Made by a program: the position numbers and the translations under genes. From NCBI GenBank assembly GCA_963662465.1, contig OY759599.1:7264001-7328000 (forward strand): 64,000 nt of DNA, written 5' to 3'. Positions within the stretch are counted from its first letter, which is position 1. Each line of letters begins with the position of its first letter. The stretch is from Desulfatiglandales bacterium (GTDB lineage: Bacteria > Desulfobacterota > DSM-4660 > Desulfatiglandales > Desulfatiglandaceae). This document shows, in pieces, positions 29,411-37,864 of this stretch. The notes under the pieces are model-generated. The model was not told the origin of the DNA, searched no databases, and saw only the letters and a list, made by a program, of their open reading frames with translations.

Positions 29411-29723
29411 CTTAAATCTCCTGTTATGTTTGATTTACGATTTACAAAAACATTGCTTGGCGGAAAGCTTGCATACCATGGTCATTTGTAACGGCATCAC
29501 CCCCTTCATGTTGAAAATTGAGTACAACCAAAATGCAGCCAGCGGGCATGAAGGCCTCTCTTCTTCTGTTTGGCCTGGAAAGGTCAAAAATGAACGAGAA
29601 CGGTCTGTCCATAAATTGTGGAATGTTGGTGCTCACGAAAAAAGGGATAATTTCTTGTGGATTGAATCTTGACCACGATGGCCGAACCTGTGGACGTGGG
29701 AAGGGTTAATGATCAGCTTTTCT

Positions 29724-29744
29724 CGTGTGAGAATCTGTGTGAGA
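29724..29744 (+). repeat. Putative integrase arm-type sites (right)
   Basis: CGTGTGAGAATCTGTGTGAGA matches 11129-11149 at 19 of 21 positions. Confidence 0.65.
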
Positions 29745-29860
29745 AAACTCTTCCAAAATCAGCAAAGACATGGGAAATCAGAGAAAATTGGAAAGATGTA
29801 AAGCCCCTAATTCCAACAACTTATGTTATTTGAGGAGGTTAGGAAACTCGGGGTTGCTGT

Positions 29861-29905
29861 CTGTTAACCACCTTGTCGGCGGTTCGAGTCCGTCCCGGGG
29901 AGCCA
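29861..29905 (+). repeat. attR: duplicated 3' 45 bp of tRNA-Asn
   Basis: Identical to 11039-11083; 5' half of the tRNA is absent. Confidence 0.95.
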
Positions 29906-29914
29906 GAATGTACC

Positions 29915-29952
29915 AAGGCCGTCTTTTTCATTAAAGACGGCCTTTTCTTTTT
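29915..29952 (+). terminator. Intrinsic terminator after attR
   Basis: AAGGCCGTCTTT-loop-AAAGACGGCCTT followed by a T-tract. Confidence 0.8.
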
Positions 29953-30403
29953 GGTGGGCAGTGTTCGTTTCAGCAAGCATATCAAATGGTTGTCGGTAGT
30001 TAGGGTGCAGGCGACCATCCTTTCATGTGGTTTTTGAACACGCAAAATTTAGGATTCGTCGTTTTTCCTGACCAGTCACCACTTCCTTCGCTTCAAAATA
30101 CCGGGCAAGGAGGTCGTTGGGGGCCTGTCGGAAAAATCTCTGTGGGTTGCTGTGTGATCCGATCCTTGTTGACCAGAGGCCCGACGATGACCTTGCCGGG
30201 ATAGTTTTCGTAGCGTGCTTTTAAGGCTCCGACTTTTTGATCCATTTTTCGCCTGGGCCGCGGCAGTTATTAAGGAATCCTGAATAACTGAATCCGGCAC
30301 CAGTTCCCCCTGGAAGGTGTGCTGGGTGAGGAAATATAGTAGGCTACTTCCCTTTCATGAGCTCTTTTCCTTGACAAACGGCATACAATTCCTATGCTGA
30401 TCG

Positions 30404-30472
30404 AAATAAAATACTACCCCCACGGTTTCGACCTGGGGCGCGGGGTCGCTTTGGCGGCCCCTGCTTTTTTTG
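30404..30472 (+). ncRNA. Candidate small RNA
   Basis: TTGACA-N16-TATGCT (30371-30398), then two hairpins ending in a GC stem plus T-tract. Confidence 0.35.
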
Positions 30473-30515
30473 GACCTCGCATATTACCCTCTTTATTACC
30501 TCTATTTGAGGGGTA

Positions 30516-31088
30516 TTACCCCTTCTTGATCCACTTTGCGCCGGGTCCGCGGCCGATGCACTCAATGCTCTTTCCTTTTTGTTGCCGCAGAACGTACCGC
30601 AGCATTTCCCGACTGACGCCCGGAGTTATCTGTTCGAGCTGGGACACTGTGAACTTGCGGGGCAGGCGGGCGAGGGCCGACAGGATCATTTCAGTCTTTG
30701 CGCCCCGGGGGGCCTGGATATGGCCGACCCTTTCCGTGAATTCCTGATAGGCCATCTTCAAAATGGATAGGGTGAAATTGATGTACGGCCAGGGATCGTG
30801 CGTGCTTTCATGCCAGTTTTGGGAACTCTGCTCCAGGGTCTGGTAATAGCGCTCCTTTTCCTGCTCGATTAACCGTTCCAGGCTGATGTAACGGCCCGCT
30901 TCAAAGCCCTGGCGCCCGCATTGAAGCAGCAGAAGCAAGCGGGAAACCCGTCCGTTTCCGTCCCGGAAGGGATGGATGCAGAGAAAATCCAGGTTGAAGG
31001 CGGCCATGGCGATGAGGGGGTGCACCCAGCGTTCTTCGAGAGAGCGGCGCCATTCATCCAGCAGATTGGTCATGGCCTTCGGCGTTGC
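30516..31088 (-). pseudogene. Fic-family protein, C-terminal half
   Basis: HPFRDGNGRVSR motif and C-terminal HTH; N-terminus replaced by HsdR sequence. Confidence 0.8.
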
Positions 31089-31548
31089 CGATGCCGGTCG
31101 GCTGGTGGGGGACCGCTTCCTCCAGGGTGACCTCGGAGGTGTTGCCGTCATTGGGGTCAACATGCCAGCCGGCTGAAACCAGTTGCTTGTCGATGAGACG
31201 CTTTCGGGTGGTGGCCTCATCGAATTTGAGGGCATCGGCGGGAACCTGACCGGCTGCCTTGAGGGCCTGGAGTTTCGCCTCGGTTTTCTCGGCTGCTTTG
31301 GCCTGAATGCGGAGTGTTTCCACCTGCTGGAGCAGTTCCTGCAACTGGGATTCCTGGAAAGCTAATTTTTCAAGGGCGGCCTTCTTTTCCCGCTTGATTT
31401 TTGCTTTGGTATCTTCAAGGGGCGGTTCCTGATATTCGGGATTTTCATCGGCGTTGCCGCCGCCATAGGTGATGTAATACCAGCAACCCAGATCCCAGGC
31501 TTCACGTAGGCAGGAAAAGGCGGTTTCACTTTGGATGGCTTGGCCATA
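31089..31548 (-). pseudogene. hsdR: Type I restriction subunit HsdR, N-terminal fragment
   Basis: Coiled coil then FDEATTRKRLIDKQL..AGW and HQPT; stops before the nuclease ADY motif. Confidence 0.65.
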
Positions 31549-32266
31549 ATTGATCGCGACAAAAGGTTTGTGGTTTCTGGGACTGGCGTCATGGATGGCG
31601 CGGGCAAACAATTCTTTTCCGGTCCCGGATTCTCCTTCAATCAAAACGGGGATGGAACGTGGTGCAATACGTCGGGCCATTAGGACCACCCGCTGCATCA
31701 ACTCGCTTCGGTGTATAATGTCATCGAACTCAGGAGCTTCCGCCGGCAGTCCGGCTGCGAGATGTTCTAACGTCTTGTCCGATTTCTTCAGCAAGCAGGT
31801 CAGGGATGAAGTCCGCTGAAATATCAAAAGGTACAGAGGCTTTCTGAACGCCGTGACCCTTGGATGATTCGATTAGCTCGGCGGGAAAACGAGTCTTGGA
31901 CAGAAGAATCCAGACCGCCGCCATGGCGGGTGTGCCGGGACTGAGATGGAAAACAAGGTTTATTTTAGGGCCATGCTTTTTGAATGTTTCTGAGATGGCT
32001 TTTGAAGCGGCTTTATAGATCTCACCGAAGTTGGTGGGACCGGAAAGCTTAATGTGTCGGAGGGTTATTTCTGAAGAGGTTTTTTTCTGTAGCCAGGATA
32101 TGTAGTCCTCAGCAGTCTCTTTCTCCCAGTCATTGAGCAGCACCACCTCCAGATAAGCATAAACCTCAGACGCCTGCGCCACAGGCCCCAAACCTACATC
32201 TTCCAAACCGGAAACCGCATCCAGATCCGTTTTTCCCAGCCAGCAAAGTAGTATTTTTTTCACCAT
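31549..32266 (-). pseudogene. RtcR-like sigma54-dependent regulator, frameshifted and truncated
   Basis: N-terminal domain W.G.TDL...HLSPGTPAM; a 4-bp duplication at 31790-31797 shifts the frame; GESGTGKELFA; ends at FVAIN. Confidence 0.8.
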
Positions 32267-32441
32267 AATGAGCGCAAAATACAAAATTCCTTGCGAATAA
32301 TCAAATTATTTTCTATACAAACCCATTCAATAAATTCAAATCTATGAATTTGTTTAGAAAAATTCATAGAATTTTTTTAAAGTATAGGGATTTCCATTTT
32401 TGGATTGGCATATCAGATAGTTATTGCAATGATGGCATAGA

Positions 32442-32711
32442 ATGTGTCAAAAAAAACACATTATGCAGGCGCCATCAATCCAGAAAATTGATAAGGAAAT
32501 TTTCCGGACGATTTTTATTGATTATTGGGAATCATTCAAAGATCATCATTCGGGATATGATACTTCGCAATATGAAGATCCGGTTCAGAAGATGCTCGGT
32601 TGCGGCAAGGAAAGCGAAGGCTATAGTGAACACCGGTGCAGGTTCATTTCTCACAACCTTTCAATCTCCTCAATTTTTGTCAACAACAACCCGGCTGAAA
32701 AATGGAATTAA
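32442..32711 (+). pseudogene. IS91-family transposase zinc-binding fragment
   Basis: IF.DYWESF......VQKMLGCG....GY....C, then the sequence diverges. Confidence 0.6.
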
Positions 32712-32795
32712 TCTCAACGTTCGCCTAAACCCTCTAAGTGAATTGGGTGATTTGGAGAGGCGAATAGCAAATGAACCCATTTATCAATGATGCGT

Positions 32796-34337
32796 TTACG
32801 TCAGCAAATCCTCATCTTCCGGGTGATGTTCCGCTTTTAGTTTTTCCGGTTTCCATGGAAAATGACTCAGAATGAAGGCGAGCAGGTGGGTTGCGAATAG
32901 AATGCCGCCGCCGAACAAGAGCAGGGCTTTAACGGGATACCCTCCGTACGTTTCAGAGAATTCGCCGAGCAGGGCGCCGACGAGCATAATCAGTAGAAAC
33001 GCCGGTGTGATGAAGCGGATGCAGATGTCCCACAGCGGCAGTAGATGTACGCCGCCTGACGCGTTGATGTACCGTCGCATGACTTGTGATTTAAGTAGCC
33101 AGCCGATCAGAATACATTCAAGCAAGCCGCCGATGATGAGCGCGTAGTTGTTGATAAAGTGGTCGAAGATATCGAGGATAAACAGGCCGCCGCGACAGGT
33201 GAAGGGGATGGATCCAACAAGACCGATCGAACAGATGATCGTGACGGCTTTTTTGCGTTGTATGTTGAATTTATCGCAAATTGAGCAACTGAAGGCTTCT
33301 GTGAGAGAAATCATTGACGAGATGCCGGCAACGATCAGGACGAGGAAGAAGAGGGCGCCGAAAAGTTGGTTGAGCATTGGGAGCTGGTTAATGGCCTTCG
33401 GGTACACCACGAAAGCGAGGCCGGGGCCACTGGTGATCGCTTCATCAAATGGGACGCCTTTGGCGTTGGCCATAAAGCCGATGGTGCCGAAGACGGCGAA
33501 ACCGGCAATGATGGAATAAAGGCAGTTGAGGATGCAGATGGTTAGTGCGTTGCCAACAATGTCGGTTTTTTTCGGCAGATAACTGGCGTAGGTGATCATG
33601 ATGCCGAAGCCGAGAGAGAGTGTGAAGAAGATCTGTCCGAAAGCCGCCACCCACACTTTACGACCCGCGGCGGTGTTGATGGCGATTTTGGAGAGGTCCG
33701 CGGAGAGGTAGAATTCTTTTATGGCATCCCATGCACCGGGAAGCGTGATGGACCAACCGACAAGTACCAGAGTCAAAATCACCAGTAGCGGCATAAAGAT
33801 CATACTGGCTTTTTCGATGCCGCGGCTGACTTCGCGGAAGCAGATAGCCCAGCAGGTGATCCATGCGCCGGCTGTGGCAGCCAGAATCGGCCAGCGAATG
33901 CCGCCGAGGTTGAACGGGCTGTTGCTGACATGCAGAAAGGTTTCTTTGAAGAATGTATCAGTGTCCGCGCCCCAGCCCAAATTGAAGGAGAGGCCGAAAT
34001 AGTTGATGCACCAGCCGATGACAGCGGCGTAGAAGAGGTTGATGCCGAAAAAGGCGACGACGGGCATCCACCAACCGAGCGGTTCCCACAGCGGGTTGAT
34101 GCGGGCAAAGGCCAGCGGCGGTGAGGCTTTCTCGCGGTGCCCGAGCGAATATTCGAGAATCATCAGCGGGATACCGGCGCAGAGCAGGGCGACCAGGTAG
34201 GGAATCAGAAAGGCGCCGCCACCGTTTTCATACGCCATGTAGCTGAAGCGCCAGATATTGCCCAGTCCGACCGCCGAGCCGATTGCCGCCAGCAAAAAGC
34301 CGACTTTGCTCCCCCAGAGGCTTCTCTTTTCAGTCAT
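32796..34337 (-). CDS. Sodium-dependent transporter (NSS/SNF family)
   Basis: GSAVGLGNIWRF, GGGAFLIPY, QIFFTLS and GPGLAF motifs. Confidence 0.95.
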   Translation of the reverse strand: MTEKRSLWGSKVGFLLAAIGSAVGLGNIWRFSYMAYENGGGAFLIPYLVALLCAGIPLMILEYSLGHREKASPPLAFARINPLWEPLGWWMPVVAFFGINLFYAAVIGWCINYFGLSFNLGWGADTDTFFKETFLHVSNSPFNLGGIRWPILAATAGAWITCWAICFREVSRGIEKASMIFMPLLVILTLVLVGWSITLPGAWDAIKEFYLSADLSKIAINTAAGRKVWVAAFGQIFFTLSLGFGIMITYASYLPKKTDIVGNALTICILNCLYSIIAGFAVFGTIGFMANAKGVPFDEAITSGPGLAFVVYPKAINQLPMLNQLFGALFFLVLIVAGISSMISLTEAFSCSICDKFNIQRKKAVTIICSIGLVGSIPFTCRGGLFILDIFDHFINNYALIIGGLLECILIGWLLKSQVMRRYINASGGVHLLPLWDICIRFITPAFLLIMLVGALLGEFSETYGGYPVKALLLFGGGILFATHLLAFILSHFPWKPEKLKAEHHPEDEDLLT

Positions 34338-34416
34338 TGATTCACTCTGGACTTGGAGATTAGGTGACAAGAACTTGTTTTTCGAGGAAGAAATATATTG
34401 GAAACTGTCTTGGGGG

Positions 34417-34701
34417 TCAAGGAAAAACCCGACTGCGATGCTTGATGATCAGTTCTTTCATGATCCCTGTTTGGGTTTTGACATTATTAACACGTTCGGC
34501 ATTGCCTATCATTACACCGTTCCACTCAAAATCCTGTTCTGGAATCTGGGGTTTTTCGGGGCTAATTGTACCATTCGCTGCATCGCTGGACGAGCAGGAA
34601 ACACAAAATACCAATAAAATAAGCAAAGACAGTGCATGGCTGGATAACCTATTTGCTGATCTGATTATTTTCAAGAGATGGTGCGCCACATATTTTCGCA
34701 T
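34417..34701 (-). pseudogene. Possible truncated lipoprotein
   Basis: Hydrophobic stretch plus CVSCSS lipobox in a short ORF. Confidence 0.3.
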
Positions 34702-34872
34702 CCTACAAAGGTCGTTTCTATTCTTCTCGACACCAAGGCCCCGTTACGCTATATTCCACCCTTAAGAAAGCAAGTCCTTATTACCCTATTACCTATTGCA
34801 TTTTCTTACTTCTTGCACCAGTTAACCTGGAGGAAAGTCCGAAATTTTTGGTGTTCACAGGGGCGTGACGCT

Positions 34873-36087
34873 ATGAAAAGAGATCAAAGGCAAATCAAAT
34901 TTGCGGTTGGCGTATCCGGCAAGTGCATCATTGTTTCGGGAATGCTGATGCTTGTTTTACTCCTTGTTCTGGCGCTTGCCGGGTGCAAGCCTTCGTCTGG
35001 GGAAAGGCTTGTAAAGTGTGCCAAGCTCTTTGAAACTTATCGAATGCCTCATACCAAAAAAGAAGAAAACAAAATTTTCAATTTCTTTTACTGCACCGAC
35101 CGCGGGATAACAGCGTCTGAGGACCCGCTTCTTTCCTATGGCGCCGAGTTCGCTGATGAACTGCGACTGGGAACCTTTAAGGTTCATCTGGCGCCTGAAC
35201 GTGATTTAAGCGGTTATAATCCAGATAAATGGTCCGGAATTGAAGTGAGGAATGTAAAAGAGTTACCGGAAGAAACCTTTTTTAATCAATTACGATATGC
35301 GGTGGAATCCTCACCTCACCACTCGCTTGCCGTTTTGGTCTTCGGATACAGAAACTCTTTTAGGGATGCCTTGCTCAAGGGAGGCAAGCTGGCGGTCAGC
35401 GTTGATATCCATACCCCTTTTCTGATCTTTGATTGGCCGGCGGACCAGGGTTTGGGAATCGGCGGATACAAAAAGGCCTTCTCTTTTGCCAAGAGATCGG
35501 GTGTTCTTTTGGGAGAGCTCATGGCTGCCGTCATTCGGAAAGTAAAGCCGCAAAGATTGTGGCTTGGGGGTGGGAGCCTGGGGACCCAGGTCATATGCAA
35601 TGCTTTTGGGCAGATGATGACTCACCCCGATCTTGCCGATCGTGAAAAAGAAATCGATCATGTCTTCCTGGCGGCGCCGGATGTGGGTGATGATGAGTTC
35701 AATACACAATTCAAAGATGAGATAGCAGCACTTGCCCATGCCGTCACCGTGTATGTTTCATCTGATGACAAGGCACTGCTCTTAAGCGAATGGATCCATG
35801 GTGAAAAAAGACTGGGTCGAACCCGGGCGGAAAAGCAGGAGCAGTTTGAAGAAATGATTGATTTGCTGGAACTGGAGGCCAAGGGCGCCGAAGGAATTAC
35901 CGTGATCGATGTGACTCCGGTCAACCGGTCAACTTTGGGACACACTTTCTATATTGAATCATCAGAATTTTATGACGATCTTTACCAGCGCTTACTGAAT
36001 GCTCACCCTGTAAGAGCCAGGCGTCTTTATCGCACCGATTACAGGGACGGCGCAGCCTACTGGATCATGCGGGATGATGAAGAGTAG
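34873..36087 (+). CDS. Alpha/beta hydrolase (DUF900-like) lipoprotein
   Basis: LAGC lipobox; TDR, FDWP, SLG nucleophile elbow, LAAPD, DKAL and GH motifs. Confidence 0.8.
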   Translation: MKRDQRQIKFAVGVSGKCIIVSGMLMLVLLLVLALAGCKPSSGERLVKCAKLFETYRMPHTKKEENKIFNFFYCTDRGITASEDPLLSYGAEFADELRLGTFKVHLAPERDLSGYNPDKWSGIEVRNVKELPEETFFNQLRYAVESSPHHSLAVLVFGYRNSFRDALLKGGKLAVSVDIHTPFLIFDWPADQGLGIGGYKKAFSFAKRSGVLLGELMAAVIRKVKPQRLWLGGGSLGTQVICNAFGQMMTHPDLADREKEIDHVFLAAPDVGDDEFNTQFKDEIAALAHAVTVYVSSDDKALLLSEWIHGEKRLGRTRAEKQEQFEEMIDLLELEAKGAEGITVIDVTPVNRSTLGHTFYIESSEFYDDLYQRLLNAHPVRARRLYRTDYRDGAAYWIMRDDEE

Positions 36088-36119
36088 CCCCTTGTTTTAG
36101 AGTCTGTTGGAGAACTTGC

Positions 36120-37391
36120 ATGGGTAAAAAAAGGTTTGGTGAGACCAAAGATGAGAGAACTCCAGGCACAACGGGGTCTCACACGCGGATTTTGTCCATC
36201 GATGTCTATCGCGGATTTGCCCTTGTTTTTATGGTGCTGGTTCATTTCGGCATTTTCTATGGAAACGAGGATGCGGCTCACAGTTTTGCCATTTTCTTCT
36301 TTGATCATATTCTGGCCGACTGGGGAGCGGCGGCTTTCCTGATGATGATGGGCATGAGTCAGGTCCTGTCTGCAAAGAGAATCTGCAAGCCGGACAATCG
36401 GCTTCTGTTCAAGAGGGCTCTGGTGCGTGGCGCCTATATTTTTGTGGTGGGGCTTTTGATGCTGGTTCTGGCGTGGGGGCTGGATCAGATATGGTGGTGG
36501 GATATCCTCACGCTGATGGGGTTTGGAACCGTTGTTTTGTTCTTCTGTCGCTTTCTGCCGTCCTGGTCTCTGATCGGTCTCATTGGGGCCATCATGGTGC
36601 TGACCCCATGGCTTCGCGGCGCCTTCAATGTCGCGGCCGACTGGGGGTTTGCTGAACACCCAATCATCTCTCAATATTTGCCGGGAATGTATATCGAGCC
36701 GGAAGTTGCCTATCACCCGGCGATCGTCAAAGGCCTTTTTCTGTCCGGTTATTTTCCTGTTTTCCCATGGATCGCATTCATCATTATCGGGTTTGTTATG
36801 GGTCGACGCATTGTGGCGCAAAAGATGCGGCACGACCTGCCCATTTTGCTGGTGACAGGCGTTGTGCTTTCGTGCCTGGGATTTATTCTGGGTTACGCCG
36901 GTCGTACGCAACCTCCCATCTCGGCATCCATCGCATGGATATCCCCTTTATGCTTCTATCCGGACTCCTTTAGCCTGATCAACATACAGGCGGGCATTTC
37001 CATTATCGTTTTCAGCATGGTGTATTTCTTCTTCGATATCCGAAAGAAAGACAAAACAAAACTCGGCATTTTCAGCCGACTTTTTATCCAGACCAGTAAT
37101 TTCTCGTTAACCTTTTATTTTCTCCATTACATGTTGGTGGCATGGCCCCTCGCCATATTGTACCTGATCACCGGAAAGTACATGCTGAGCGATCTTATGG
37201 GTCCAGTGCTGGCTTTGCTCTGCGGTGTGGGAGCGGTCGCTTTTCTGGAAATCCTGATATTTTTCTGGGGGAAGGCCGGTTCCAGGTACAGCCTGGAATG
37301 GTTTCTTGTGAGGCTCACAAAACGGGTGGTCCCGGGCTATAAACGAAGCATATCAATGCCTGGGCGATTCTCCGAAAAATCGAACCCTTGA
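36120..37391 (+). CDS. DUF1624 / heparan-alpha-glucosaminide N-acetyltransferase-like membrane protein
   Basis: RILSIDVYRG.ALVFMVLVH, WDIL, YFPVFPW and SLTFY..H motifs. Confidence 0.8.
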   Translation: MGKKRFGETKDERTPGTTGSHTRILSIDVYRGFALVFMVLVHFGIFYGNEDAAHSFAIFFFDHILADWGAAAFLMMMGMSQVLSAKRICKPDNRLLFKRALVRGAYIFVVGLLMLVLAWGLDQIWWWDILTLMGFGTVVLFFCRFLPSWSLIGLIGAIMVLTPWLRGAFNVAADWGFAEHPIISQYLPGMYIEPEVAYHPAIVKGLFLSGYFPVFPWIAFIIIGFVMGRRIVAQKMRHDLPILLVTGVVLSCLGFILGYAGRTQPPISASIAWISPLCFYPDSFSLINIQAGISIIVFSMVYFFFDIRKKDKTKLGIFSRLFIQTSNFSLTFYFLHYMLVAWPLAILYLITGKYMLSDLMGPVLALLCGVGAVAFLEILIFFWGKAGSRYSLEWFLVRLTKRVVPGYKRSISMPGRFSEKSNP

Positions 37392-37541
37392 AATCATGTT
37401 CTGGGAAGGGGGGCAGGAACCAATTTGACGGGAGGCGCCATCCCCGTAAAGGGTGGAATTGTCGTGCATTTCTCCTGAATGAACCGGATACTGGATTTGG
37501 ATTCCGCGTTTCTGTCCATTATGAATGAAACCCAGGACCTG

Positions 37542-37832
37542 CTACGATTTCGTGGCGGAGGCCTTCTTGCTTTCGATGGTCGCCTGCTTGTCCCGGCGAT
37601 CATCAATCTTCAAATCCACCACCACCCGTTTGGCCCCTTCTTCCACATGGGCCGCATGGACGGCCTTGACCAGCTCAAACAACGCATCCAGGTCCGGCAC
37701 TTCAATGGATGTGCTCATGCCGCCCACTTCATATTTATAGCCGGACTGTTTGATTATGGCTACGCCTTTTCTGACAAACCGACCCAGGCTGGTCCCTTCC
37801 CCGATGGGATGAACCGATAATTGTGCAATCAT
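37542..37832 (-). CDS. MTH1187-family thiamine-binding protein
   Basis: SVHPIG, GGMST.IE and RV...KIDDRRDK motifs. Confidence 0.85.
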   Translation of the reverse strand: MIAQLSVHPIGEGTSLGRFVRKGVAIIKQSGYKYEVGGMSTSIEVPDLDALFELVKAVHAAHVEEGAKRVVVDLKIDDRRDKQATIESKKASATKS

Positions 37833-37864
37833 ATTTTTCTCCTTTACTGCTTGGCGGTACGGGT

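Larger units (their letters stand above)
11039..29905. mobile_element. tRNA-Asn-integrated genomic (defence) island, ~18.8 kb, integrase missing
   Basis: Identical 45-bp direct repeats at 11039-11083 and 29861-29905; excisionase, BREX, TA and IS cargo. Confidence 0.9.

Noticed and set aside
29861..29905. Second tRNA-Asn gene
   Set aside because: Only the 3' 45 nt are present; the acceptor 5' strand and D-arm are missing. It is attR.
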